A stretch of 64,000 nt of DNA from Flectonema sp. DT1601 (lineage: Eukaryota), in NCBI GenBank assembly GCA_964019425.1, contig OZ025801.1, positions 372,001 through 436,000 on the forward strand, written 5' to 3'. Each line of letters opens with the position of its first letter. Position 1 is the first letter of the stretch. The position numbers were made by a program, and so were the translations under genes. The notes under the pieces are model-generated. The model ran no database searches and was not told where the DNA came from. It worked only from the letters and a program-made list of their open reading frames with translations. Of the stretch, positions 1 through 12,700 are shown one piece after another.

Positions 1-2911
1 CAAATTTGCCGATAGAAATAAAAAAAGAAAAAGAAAGCCATTCAGATGAACTTGCTATTTCATTGATTGCAGAGAAAACATAACATAATAAATAACAGAA
101 AAAAATTTTTTTTCCCCCCTGACTTCGTCGGTGCAAAAAAACAAAAATAAGCATCAATACACGTGCCATACCTCTGGAGAAGCAGACGAGAAAAAGAAGT
201 GCATTGAACGAATAAAAAAAGCAGTTATCCTTATGTCTGTGACGCAAAGTCACCTGCAGAGAACACATGATATTTATTTATTTACGAAACCTAGGAACCA
301 AAAGCCAGGAAAAGCTCAATAGGGATAACAGTTATATCGCTACCAGCGACCACAAGACTCTCACAGACGATAAGAGACGTAGAATAACCTGGAACAAATG
401 ACTACCTAAACCCACGCCCACGCGAGCACAGACAGTGTTAAAGACGGCTGATAACTCCAATTTTCGTTAAAAAGAGGGAGAACATGCCACATTAGATCAG
501 AAAATAAGAAATAAAGTGATAAAAAAAAACTTGAATGGAACTGAGATAAAAATAATAAAATTTAATAAAAAAAGTGGTTCTAGAAATCCAATCGAAATCA
601 GACTTGCGCTATTTCTTTTTTATTTTTTTTTCTGTTTATAAAACATAATCGGCATTAACGTGAACCAGAAGAGGATCAATCACGGAGATTGTGTTTATAG
701 CTTCGGCCGGAAGGAATGACTAAAATCAAATGGGAGAGTCTGTTTTGGATCATAACTGCCTGATTAATTGTTAAGTGGAGAAAAAAAAATATGTATTTTA
801 AACTTTTTTTTAAAAAAAAATACCTTCGAATTGTGATTGAAGCGGCCTACCCACCCGGAAGGTTGGAGTGGCTGCCTATCAATACTGAACAAACGGCGAA
901 CGGGCTCTCCATTTACTTAGTATCATTAATTTTAGAACAGAAAAGTGAGAATTAGGTAGCAAGTCCAACTATCCACTGAGTACGACGCACCAAAGAGAAC
1001 CAGCAGATCTCCAATACCGCGGTAGTAGTTTGAAGCCATTCCCTGAAAAGGATTATTTTGATAGTTTCAGCACTGGGTATACTAATTTGTAACCACAATG
1101 CATCAACCTTGATAGACTTATCAAAAAAAAAGAAATTGAGAAAATAAAAAACCACCATAGTCAGTAAGTACTATGATAATTAATTGAACAAAATAATTTA
1201 AAAAAAAAAAAAAAAAAAAAGAAAGAAAACAACTTATTTAGTGAAGATTCCATTAGAACCTGCAGCCACCTTCTATGAAATAATAAAAAGAAGGTTTTTA
1301 CCATCTGATTCCAAAGAAATCTATTGAATTGAGGTGAGAGGAAGAAACACAAAACACATTCTTGCAAACTATGTAATAAAGTTTTTTTTTTTTTTGTAAG
1401 TGGGAAAACCGGTCTGACCAATCAGCAGGTTAACTTCATATAAAAAAAGATGATTTTATCGTTTTTAAGACTTCGGATGGTACAAAAACAATGACCTAAA
1501 TTCTCACATGTTTCGGAACCTCCTTCCGCAGTCAAAATAACAAAACAACTTTTTTCGAATAAAATTTTGCTCTTGAAATCAAACGAATTCTCCCTTTTTT
1601 TATTTTCTTTCTTTCTTTCTTTTCCTTTTTCGCACAAGTATTTTTGAGATCAAAAAATATCAACAAACGTTAGAGTAGTCACACTGTGAGAAGAGACGAC
1701 TACCAAGACGCACCTCATTCATGAAACAGGAATGAAGTGCGTCTATCAATTAACGGAATCTACTGACGATCTCAGAAATTATTTTTTGAAAAATTATTAT
1801 TAATCGGGTCTCTTTATCGTTTGTCAACGTGAATGACGTATCCCAACAGAGCACACTCTTCGGGTTTTTTTCTTTCTTTTCTTTTTCTCTAAAATCAAGC
1901 AGATGAACACACAGCTGTGAGCTGGCGTGTACTTAACACAAAAACAGAATTATCAGAATGGTGTCTGACAGGGTAGTTTGAGAGTCCAAAAAGCGTGGTG
2001 CGAGTACCAGTTGATATTGAACCCGTCGTTTCGAGACAGAAGGATAAGTGGACAGTTACTCAACTCTCTCAGTGATTATACAAAAAGAATGATGTCACAG
2101 ATAACACAAAAAAAAAAAAAAAGAAATTATCCACAAAATAAAAACCAAACTACTGGTGAGGGATGGAGGTCTAGACAGACGTCCCTCTGACATATTTTTT
2201 GATCGAAATTTTCTTAATTTTGAAAAAAAAAAATTTCTCTGTAACTCAAAATAGTCATCTATGGTCCAGGAGTTGTACATGGTTTTTAGAAGTGAATGTC
2301 ATTCAAGAAAAGAAAAGAAAGAAAAAAGAATTGGCTTTAACTTCAACTATACAGAAAATAATGATATAACACTGTGATTTTTTGTTTGTGCACGAAACCG
2401 TGAACCGACTTAAACTGATAAAGCTAAAGGAGGTTTACGTGTGCTGCCAACATTCTTTTTCGTTCTTACAATACTTGTTAAATGCAAAAAAAAATTTTTT
2501 TTTTGCTCCCAGCCCTGGATGAATCTGAGACGTAATATCCGCCAGCTAGAAACTGACCGCAAGAATGATTAAAATGGAAAGATGTGAAAATTATAAAAAT
2601 AAAATAAATAAATTGAATCATGAAAAAAAAGAAATAATGTTCAGGATTGTCGTTTACGTAAAATTTAACGTAAAAAGAATAATAAATTGAAAAGGGGAAA
2701 AAAAAAATGTTTCCCTCCTAACTTACATAATAATTTCAACTAAGTGGACAATAAAGGAAGAGGATAAAAGAACTGAAACAACATGTTCCCCTCTCTCATC
2801 GTAAGCAATGGTGACATTTAAAAAAAAAAAAAAAGAAGAAGATCGAAATTTTTTCTTTCCTCTTCGTTTAATACCTTAATGTAAAGAACAGAAAATAATT
2901 TTTTATATCAA

Positions 2912-3162
2912 CCCATTAAGGACAGGGGACTACTACAGTGGTTATTTTGAAAGTCTTATTTTCGCTAAGGGAAAGCCCGGGTGTAACCGAGGCCGTTTCG
3001 CTACGAATCTCGGGTGGGATGGTGTCGTTCACTGCGAATTTTAACGGGCAGGCAATGGTTCACTTTGTCATATCACCTTTCTGAGTCACCCTACCCCTTT
3101 TCCTCATTGGTTCTTTTTTCAAAAAAAGTCAAAAATCCGGGTTTACACCCGTCCTTAATGGG
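2912..3162. mobile_element. piggyBac-type MITE (251 bp, non-autonomous)
   Basis: Perfect 12-bp TIR CCCATTAAGGAC (2912-2923 and revcomp 3151-3162). Flanks are TCAA (2908-2911) and TTAA (3163-3166), i.e. a TTAA target duplication with one substitution. An internal inverted motif GGGTGTAA(A)CC lies near 2979 and 3140-3150. No ORF. Confidence 0.7.
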
Positions 3163-3617
3163 TTAAAAAAAATACTCAATACAGGGTGAGAAGAGATCGC
3201 GTTCTACGGTATCAACGCGGTGAAAGATTAGCAGAAAACCAGACCAGCTAATGAAAAGACACGCGGCTAGCGGTACCTGCGGTAGAAAAAGGGGTGACAT
3301 TTTGCCAACGTAAAACAATACACTCCACGCCAGTACAGAGATACTGAGGCAGAGTGCAAAAGGGGGTAATTTGATACTGCATTTTTAAGCTCAAAGGAAC
3401 AACAATTTCTTTTTTGGGAGGTCTTTAAAAGTTGTGATACGCACCTCTGTGTAACAACTACCAGGTCGTGTGTAATGTAAAAACATTATAAAGTAAACAC
3501 CCCCGAGATGGATCTTACAATTGTGTTTCTCTTCTTGTTACCACAAACCTGCTAATTATCAAACAGAAATACTAAAACATCACTTTTACAGACGATTGTC
3601 ATTCACAGTCTTCCATT

Positions 3618-6062
3618 TTAGATAAGTTCAGAAGAAACGAACCTTATCGTGTTAATTTTTGAATCCTTCGCTTTCGTTATTTTTTTAACTAAATCCTCGA
3701 ATTCTGAGTTCCCCGAAGCTCGCTCAAGAGCTTCATGGTATAACTCAGCTAAGTATAGTTCCATTATCTCATTGTAAGCTTTTGTAGGATGTTTTGCTTC
3801 ACTTTCTAATTGATACATCCATTCTTCAGCTGCGACTTTCTTCTCACCTAAAACAGAATAAATTATCAGTGAATTACTCCTCTTGTATTTAGGATACCAC
3901 AACTGGTCTTCTATTCTCGTATGAAACTCCGTAGCAATATCTCGTTCAGCTATTGGACAACAAACAAGATTCGTGTTTAGGATTCGATTGACCCTTTCGA
4001 GTGCATTGGCTACTGAAAAAACACATCCAATGACGCTAAACTTTTTAAGACCTTCGCATCCAATATTTCCACACTTTGCTGTACCTGTTGCAGTCGATGC
4101 TGATATTTTAAATGGAGCTGATGAGATGATTGCTTTACAAGTTATGACTGATTGAACAGAATGATTTCCACAAGTTCTTGGTCCATTGAACATCATCGTG
4201 AAACGATCACCACTAAACCCATCAGCGATACCACCATTAGATGTACATTGGTCTAAAGACCTTGTTAGGTATTCTCTATGATCGTTGATGTTGTTAGCCT
4301 CTGAAGAGAATCCAATTACATTCGTTATCGCTATTGATACCCGACGTTGCTTTACTACGTATGATATTCTGATATTAGAGACGTCGCCTCCAAGATTGGA
4401 CGTATTTGATGTAGCGGATGATCGTGAATTTGATAAAGCTGATCTTTTAGTAATCGTATCAGAGTATTTTTCTGTACCATCTTCACTTTGAGACTCAACT
4501 AAGACTGACTGAGGTATGAAGTTTCTGTACTCTTTTAGATTACTAATCATTTGAATAAATGATATTTGCATCTCTCCAACTTCTGTCAAGCTAGATAATG
4601 GACGGTTTTCATTCACGTCTTCAAGTCTCATTATGGCGACACTTGCCATCTCTCTTTTTAATGCTAAAATCGGACTGGTGACAGCTGATATAGCGAAGAA
4701 TGCAATGAGTAATAACATCGAGCCAGTTGACGTGATTATTAAGATAATTACAAGTCGAGAGTGTTCTCTGTCGTTGGATACTTGTTTTGAGCTGGTTGTT
4801 ATCACGTTTCTTGTTGTGTTTGCTGTTCTTTCAACGTCTCCAAGAATGTAGTTTTTGTCGAGTGCTGTAATGACATACCAGTCTACCTCACGACCGTTAT
4901 TAAAAGAGTTTACCGATACAAAGAAAATCTCATGTCCATCTCCAGTATCAATGCTGATTTCAAAAGTTCCCTTACCAACTTTTGATTCATATTTTCCAAT
5001 GAATTGATTTTCAATATAATTAGCTGTCTCTCTTATTATTCTATCACTCGCTTCGGTTGCTGGTATCGTCGTCACATTCGTTCTTTCAGCTCTCTCTCCA
5101 GATTTCCCGTGTGAGGCAGCCGTCATATGTAATCCAACAGGAATATTTAACCAATTATTCTCCTTAACTAAACAATAGACTCTACCTTTGCCTGGAATAT
5201 TTAATCCACGTAGTGCTTGTGAAACTTGCCTGATGTCGCTAGCAACGTACGCAACACCCATGTATTCATTCTTTGAATTGTAGTAAGTTCCCAATCCGAG
5301 AACAACGATGTAGGGGACTAGGGGAACAGGTACTGAAAATATAATATTTTCAATTCCCCGTGGGATGGATATACCAAAATTTTGAATCGCATGAGCAACA
5401 CGAATCTTTGGATCACCGTAACAAGGTTTCATTGGGACTCCAGGATTGTGTTTCCATTCTACGCAAGGAGCGTATTGGGGAGTTGAAGTTACAAAGTCTC
5501 CTGTGAATTCTTCAACTGTTCCCCAAGCAGTTCTGTTTTCAATTGGAGTACCAGTTGGGTAGTATTTACTACCATTGCTCATAATCAAAGCATCATGCGC
5601 TAGAATACCACCACCGAAATCTTCATCCGACTGGAATAACATTAGTAGAGCAGTGTCTTTGTTAGACACTCCGATTGCAGCTACTCCGCTTTTGCGATGC
5701 GCTGCGTAGACGTTGCGAACGATGGATCGTTTGCTCCACAAGTAGTCCCAACTCTCAAGGTCTTCATCAGATCCAGCAAGCATCTCAGTTAGTAGGATTT
5801 CAGTTATTGATTGCTGTGTTGCGAAATGTTCACTAAGAACGTTATTCAGATTTCCGTATAATAACTGTAAGTAGTCGTTTGTTTTATTCCACATTGCGCC
5901 ACTTGTAAAATCAAAACACTGATCAACTGACGAATCTCTATTCTTTTCAGTCTTTGAAATCGCGCCTTCGGCCGAAATAGCAGCCAGAGTAGAACAGATC
6001 ACAGCAGTCACCGCAATGCATCCAAACACCAGCAAATTGCTCGCCAACTTAATGGGAAACAT
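3618..6062 (-). CDS. Receptor-type class III adenylate/guanylate cyclase-like membrane protein (TM, Cache-like ectodomain, TM, HAMP-like, cyclase), 814 aa
   Basis: N-terminal hydrophobic helix, extracellular region with GVAYVASDI and DWYVITALD Cache-like motifs, second TM (LVIILIIT...FFAISAV), HAMP-like segment (EVGEMQISF..M), cyclase-like motifs IAITNVIGF, GFSGDRF and CGNIG. Pyrimidine-tract AG at 6079-6080 just upstream of the ATG. Confidence 0.75.
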   Translation of the reverse strand: MFPIKLASNLLVFGCIAVTAVICSTLAAISAEGAISKTEKNRDSSVDQCFDFTSGAMWNKTNDYLQLLYGNLNNVLSEHFATQQSITEILLTEMLAGSDEDLESWDYLWSKRSIVRNVYAAHRKSGVAAIGVSNKDTALLMLFQSDEDFGGGILAHDALIMSNGSKYYPTGTPIENRTAWGTVEEFTGDFVTSTPQYAPCVEWKHNPGVPMKPCYGDPKIRVAHAIQNFGISIPRGIENIIFSVPVPLVPYIVVLGLGTYYNSKNEYMGVAYVASDIRQVSQALRGLNIPGKGRVYCLVKENNWLNIPVGLHMTAASHGKSGERAERTNVTTIPATEASDRIIRETANYIENQFIGKYESKVGKGTFEISIDTGDGHEIFFVSVNSFNNGREVDWYVITALDKNYILGDVERTANTTRNVITTSSKQVSNDREHSRLVIILIITSTGSMLLLIAFFAISAVTSPILALKREMASVAIMRLEDVNENRPLSSLTEVGEMQISFIQMISNLKEYRNFIPQSVLVESQSEDGTEKYSDTITKRSALSNSRSSATSNTSNLGGDVSNIRISYVVKQRRVSIAITNVIGFSSEANNINDHREYLTRSLDQCTSNGGIADGFSGDRFTMMFNGPRTCGNHSVQSVITCKAIISSAPFKISASTATGTAKCGNIGCEGLKKFSVIGCVFSVANALERVNRILNTNLVCCPIAERDIATEFHTRIEDQLWYPKYKRSNSLIIYSVLGEKKVAAEEWMYQLESEAKHPTKAYNEIMELYLAELYHEALERASGNSEFEDLVKKITKAKDSKINTIRFVSSELI

Positions 6063-6106
6063 GATACTGGTTTATAAACTGAAGGGAGAGGATATGATAA
6101 TAGTTG

Positions 6107-6455
6107 TTCTATTCACAGTATAGTATCATTAATTTTAGAACAGAAAAGTGAGAATAAGAAAAGTAGAGATTAATAAAAGAAAAGTATTCATTTCTGCAGT
6201 TTCCTAACATCAAAGGGTAATAGAATATGTAGTTTCAGGAGCCTTAATCTTATACTACTCGTCCCTTTTTAGGCCTTCATCAGTAAGTTCTAAGGGACTT
6301 CATTCTATGTTGAAGTTGCTATCTTTCAAAGATAAAAATCCATCATTCTATTCACAGCTAGTATCATTAATTTTAGAACAGAAAAGTGAGAATAAGAAAA
6401 GTAGAGATCAATAAAAGAAAAGTATTCATTTCTGCAGTTTCCTATTCACAGCTAG
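6107..6455. repeat. Local duplication of about 100 bp (6107-6206 and 6346-6444), with a 35-bp core repeated at 918-952
   Basis: TAGTATCATTAATTTTAGAACAGAAAAGTGAGAAT occurs at 918, 6121 and 6359. The two 6-kb copies stay near-identical through ...TTTCTGCAGTTTCCTA. Confidence 0.9.
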
Positions 6456-6778
6456 GTAGTTGATCAGTAAGTATCTTCAAATATTATTATAAACCTGTCT
6501 TGATGAATGATGATTCACATTTTTAATTAAAATTACTAAAAAATATGAACGTAAAATTCTAACAAAGCGCCTTGAGACGCTCTCCAATAAAATACTAAAC
6601 TGAAGTCAACGAAGACAATTCAAAAAAGAAAAAAAACACACAAAACACACAGAGATAATAAATAGTCTATTGTCACCTTTTTTTGGTTGATGAGATTCGT
6701 CAAAAAAGGTGTTGTGGAAAGAACAAAATAAAAAATGATAATAATAAACAAAAGATACAGCTAAATGGATGTTTAAAA

Positions 6779-9700
6779 CTAAAAACCAAAAGCCGGCGGT
6801 TGAGAAGGTGTACTTCCATGATGAATGGCACGTCGAAGTTCGTCTTGGGCAGAATGCAACTGATGAAGGGAAGAATCAAGTTTATCAAGTTGTTCATGAA
6901 TGGTGTCGAGTGAAGATGCTGTTGACTGAACGTTGTGTTTAACTCCATCAACGTTTTCGTAAACCTCAGCGAGTGATGTTTGAATCCTCTGTCGGGTTTT
7001 TAATAATCGACTAACAGCTTCCTTTCTCATAATACGAGCAGGGAATTCTTCACAAGAAAAAGCCGATTCCATCGCCTCTATGAATTCTTCTCCCTTATGA
7101 AGAAACCTTCTCCGAATTTTTCGAAAAACCTTCCCTAGCAACACCATCACCGGATTTCCAGTACCTCGGGGTTTTGGAACCCTTGTTAGCTGGTACTGAT
7201 AATGATCAATTATCTGCCAACTCCATCGTTCAACAGATTTTGTTAAATTCTCTTCGTAGATGTTTCCAACGACGGCGATGAAGACGTTTATCAAAACCAA
7301 ATTTGCTAAAAATAAAGTCAACATAAACAACAACGGTCCTACCAACCAAGATTCTTGAAAGGCATTGAAATCCCACTGACCGAATACAATTTGAGTAAAA
7401 CTGACGAGAGTAGATTTAAAACTCTTAAACTGATCTGATGTAGTTCCAAGTAGAAGGTGTAATCCTAACATCAAAGCGATACTGATGACCATAAAAACTA
7501 CAAAGAAAATGAGTACTTTGCTATCTCCGATGGTGGCTGTGATGGCGTTAGCGACAGAACCAAGTTTCGGTAAGATCATAATATACTTTAATAACTTTAC
7601 AAAATACAAAACTAAAACTAATGCCCACAACTCTCTCTCAGCTACAGTTAGCGCAGCAACTTCCCAAAGATCAAAGAAAGTGTCTTTGTTTGTTATGATT
7701 TCCTCTGCATCTAATGCGACGGTTGCGCTAATGTAACTTCCTCGAGTACCAACAACTAACCAGAACATTAAAACACTGAGAAGGTCAACAAGATTCCAGT
7801 CTCTCCAGAAGTATCTCGCTAAACCAATCCAGATGTATGAAAGGACATTAAAAACTTTTTTCGAAATCGATAACGACAGCGATTGTCCCTCATGTTTATT
7901 TTCCTTCTCCTTTGCGATTCGCTGCTGTCGAGTTAGTTTTCGTTGGGTTCGTTCTTGAAGCCATTCCATGTCTTTAGATTCTTTTTTTAATCTCTTATCA
8001 TCGTCTTTCCAACTCTGATTAACATGAAGCCAAGACTCCCACACATCACAAGCCTCATCATACGTCAGTATCAAGACACTTAAAAGTAAACAAATCTCAA
8101 GAAAGAAAACCATACTATCAAAGAGTGTGTGACACGATAATTGTTTTGACGTCGCTCCAACAACGCAAGATTCTAATTTAATGTGAGTAAGTCTCATACT
8201 TGAATGACAACCACCGTAGTTTGTAATCTCAAATAGTATTCTTGTGTTTAAGAATCTGTGAGCACTTGGATTATAAATATTAAATTCTACGAATAAAGCT
8301 CTGGTCTGTAAGTCAATCCAACGTTCAGTCTGAAGGTCTCTAAACATAGTACTGGTGATATTCATTACGGGAGTATCAATAACGTATCCCGTGTTTGGGT
8401 AGTTTATATCCATCTGTGACGCCCATCCATAAAGAGATGGGTCAGCTTTACCTGATACGAATGTTGATTTTTGATAAGTACCTCCAGAAAGTTCATTTTC
8501 GCTAGTCCATGATCCATAACACTCTCTGTAGTATGGTTCAATCCACGATGGTCTTGAACATGATCCAGCTTTCACTCGTAGCTGACGTAACCTAACTGAT
8601 CCTACTACTGTGAGGGTTCCAATTTGATCATCTTTAATTTTATCAAATAAATCAGTAAATGGACCTGCCAACCAATCATGTAACTCCTCAGTATCTCCAA
8701 CTGTTATTAGAGTTCTTGAAAACGGACTGTCTGAAAAATGAACTTCTTCATCTCTAATCGCGTCACGGAATCCTTGTATTAAGAAATAAGCGTCTTCGTG
8801 AAATAAATTAGTTTTATTGTGAGCAACCATGCAGAGGACCGCAAGGAATAAAAAATAAAAAGTAGCCTCCCATAAGAATATCTTCGTTGCCTGTAATGCT
8901 AATTTTCGTTGAATTCGAGGGTCCTTATTAAGAAGCGTTATCTGATCTCTGAGAATGTTGTGATCCCGTTCCCATTCTCTCGATAAGTTTTCTTTATAAA
9001 AACCCTTTTCTTGAAATGAATGGTGAAGTAGTAGTGCGATACTACAATCATGAGCGTCGACCGATCCCGACACCCTTTTATTCCTCCAATATGGTTTTGC
9101 TCCTGCTTCCATAAGAGGCTTAATACAAATTGGATGACAGAGTGAAGCAGCAACATGAAGAGGAGTGTTTCCCTCAGTATCTAAACTGTGAATATCATTC
9201 TTTTGAACATGAGGATTATTTATAAGAATATTCAAACATTCAATCGACCCTGCATAACAACTATAATGCATCGCAGCTCTTTCTAATATTTCAGTCCTTG
9301 CTGATGCGCTTGCGGGATGTTCGTTGACGGCTCTTTCTAGGAGTCTTTTTTGATCTCTTGCTGCAGCCCAATGAATTAAATTTAAACCACCGTCAACTTC
9401 TTCCCATGATATCTTTCCTAGAATGGGTTCATCGTTTATTATGTTTATACTTTTAAATTCCCGTCGATGTTGGAGTTGGATATCACCGAATTCAGAAGGC
9501 AACGACACTTTAGGAAACAGTTCCACAGCATCACCCCAACGCATAATACTCGACACGCAATACGGAGCGAACTTCAATGCGATTAGAAGTGTTGTCGCAG
9601 AGTAGTCAGAATGAACCATACTATTAACACCCATTCTATCCCATGTTCTTGATAGGATCAGACGCTCAGTACAACCTGATGAGGTCGCGAAGTATGAATG

Positions 9701-12700
9701 TTCTGGTTCATCAATAACAGGAGGGACATCTATATATTGTTTACATCCTCTCGGTGGGGGGTTACCAGATACTGAGATACTTCTCTCCATGAATGAACAG
9801 GCGATTAGTTGTTTCGCAACTCTGACATGTCGAAACACACGAATTCCTAACTTTGCGATATCCGGTTCGAGATCCTGCGCAGTATCTAAATAAGTAGTAA
9901 GTCTATCTGATCTGTGGAATAAAGTAACGTCTGACATTCCAGATACAAGAAATGAAGGATGTCGTATTGATAATTGATCATGTCGTAGCTGTGACACTGC
10001 CGTGTTGAATGCTCCAAAACTGGCTTCAGCTGGACTAGGCATTGGAGATGCCGGTGACATAGGAGATGGAATACCTGCTGAAGCAGCATATGGAACCGCT
10101 CGCGTAAAAAAACCAGCAGCAGTAGCACCAGTTCTTATGTGATACGGTTGTTTATTACGAGGTGCGGCAATCGCTTGACCAGAACTTCCAACGACATCCC
10201 AACGACCTCCAAATGCGACGTTATCATCATAGTCAGTGACTCCAATGTAAATAAGTGATGCGTGAATAGGAAGTAATCCTTCTTTGTCTCGTTCTTTGCA
10301 TCCCCAAATATCAACATAGTGATCTAACTCTAGTCGTTCTGTTTCATAGCAAAGCGATCTTTTTAATAAACCTCCTTGAGCTTTTTGTTGTCCAATCATA
10401 CACTCAACTACTTCATCGAGTCCGAAGTGGATTGCAAGTCTGAGAGGTGTGATGTCGTCGCATTTCTTCTTTGGTATGTCAAGAAAATAACAAGGATCTC
10501 TGCTGTTTAAATAATTTATTGTCTTCCTCAACACGTTTAGAGTGTCCTGATAAAGAGAAGTCTTCAATCGGTTTTCTGCTTCTTCTTTAATTTTAAAAAG
10601 AGGACTCGTTTTAATTGTCGCTCTCCTCAACATCATTGCAGCGCTGGTGTAATCAGCAACAGCGACATCATCGCCTTGTCCAGCTTCGCAATCTCGTTTA
10701 CGTTCGTGTAGTAGTTTAATTAGATATTGTAAAGGATATTTGCGTAATGAATCTGAAACAATAAATTTAACATTCTCAAGTGTGAAATAGTGAAGCGGAG
10801 TTAATCCACTTTGTGCTAATTCCGACAGCTGTCTATTTCCAGGTGATGCTGACGGGGATAATCGAGTAGCCCTTCTAGTAGACGTGTTCCTTGGTTGAGA
10901 ACCTTCATCAGGTGTGCTGTAGAGTTCAGGTGAGAAGGTTGCAGCAGCTAAGAAGATTTCACCGACATGTCGATTATCAGAACCAAAATCAATAGTTTTA
11001 CAAGAAAGTCCTCTGAGAAGTTTCATCTGAACGAATTCTCTCGGAACTGTTGACTCTCCGTCATCAAGAAAGTTTAAATTCTGAAATCTAATAACCTGAA
11101 CAGCTGTGTGTCTTTTGACGTATTCTAATAGACCTTTTGCGGCATCAACATCGAACAGAGTACTACATCGTTGTTGGAATTGAGAAACATCAACCATGAT
11201 CCCTTTACCAAATGTTGAAAGGATATCTAGTGCTTCATTAGCAGTCTTTCTATCTTTCTTTAATGAAAGAACTTTCAAGATGTCTTTTCGATAACGCTGT
11301 TCGTGGAAATTTTCAATTGATATTGATCTGTCATCTAAAAGGGTCCTCAATGACACTTCAGCTCTGTGAACTCTCTTTTCTTCTTCGATGGCTAAGGTTT
11401 GTTTTCCGAGATCCTCATCCGACGCAAAGGTGTACGAATCAGTAGTTTCAGAATACACAAAATGATGCATAATCAAATCAATCTGTGTACACGTAACGAA
11501 GTTTAAATCCAACGTAAAGTTATTAGAACCAGTCACCAATGAAGCCAGAGGTCTGACCTCTTCTAAACCATCACCAAGAGAAGGAGAGACTGATATATCA
11601 CCGTATGTTCCAGATGTGTATTTTAGTATTGATAAGTTTGAAAGAGCAGAAACAGTTACACTCGTGTGCGTAATCCAATCTTCGAGAAGACTTTCTTCAG
11701 CAGGACTCAATACGACCCCTTGAATGTCTAAATGTGTTAGTAAGATAGAGTTGGGTTGAACTATTCTGCTCCATAAAGTGTTCATAAGGACTTCACTCAT
11801 TAGTAGTGTTGTTCCATGGCTTGGATAAGTAGTTTCATGACGTTCTTTAAATAAAGTAAACGTTTCTGGGATATGATCGGCACTCAAACAATAAAAATAA
11901 TGATCGAAAATATCACATCCCATTGGACGAGATTTCATTTCCAAAACACTACAACGCTGACGAGCTTCTGAATAGGTATGACTCAGCTCATGGTGATGAG
12001 CTGCAACCAACGGCATCCAAATTTTCTTACTCGATTTTCCTTTTCCGGATGTACCTTTTTGGTATTCAATGCAATCATTGTCGAGAATGTTTTTAACCCA
12101 AAGTTCAATATCGAGGTTTTCCATTTCGTCAATGTAGACAAATCCATATCGATCAATACTTCCACTTCGCATTGCCATGTTCTCATCTCCGTAATAACAA
12201 AACTGACCTCCATAACGTTTTGAAGGATTCATTCTCATGAGGAATGTACTTGACGATGATATGACTTGAAATCGGACATGAATACCACTTTGAGTTTGAA
12301 TAAAGTCAGCTTGGATTGTTGAATCTTCATTGTCGACGACGTAACTGTACATCGGATAACATAATTCTATCCATGAGAAGGGACAATCTCTTACGGATAC
12401 TTCTTGTAAGGCTTGACTCAGACCTAATAGAATCTGACATGATCGGAGTCGACCTGTTTTGTGGTATTAATATGAGTGGCGTGTTGAGGTAATTCATTCG
12501 AAGAAAAGAGAGAACAAGAAAAAATAATAATACCTGTCAACATCCCAGCATAATTGTAGTGTTGATGAAGTGGAATTGTAAGTACCTGATCAGAACTTTC
12601 ATTTCTAAGACCGTTTATCAACGAAGTAAATAAAACTCTAATTGAATCAAGTGAAAGAGGTGATTGACTTTGAGGAACAGCATCATAAGGAATAGAAATA

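Noticed and set aside
842..875. Irregular GGAA-tetraloop hairpin resembling an SRP RNA helix
   Set aside because: Lacks the conserved SRP helix-8 internal loop and the surrounding SRP structure.
1..2900. Short ORFs rich in Lys, Phe and Asn
   Set aside because: Translations of homopolymer tracts with no domain motifs.
4519..4532. AGTTTCTGTACT, similar to the euglenozoan spliced-leader core
   Set aside because: Short match antisense within a CDS, without the rest of the leader or a donor site. No SL RNA gene was seen in the window.
12352..12533. Stop-codon readthrough or programmed frameshift between adjacent long ORFs (here and in the 41.5-55.3 kb gene)
   Set aside because: Every break is explained by a canonical GT-AG intron with consistent phase, so no recoding is needed.
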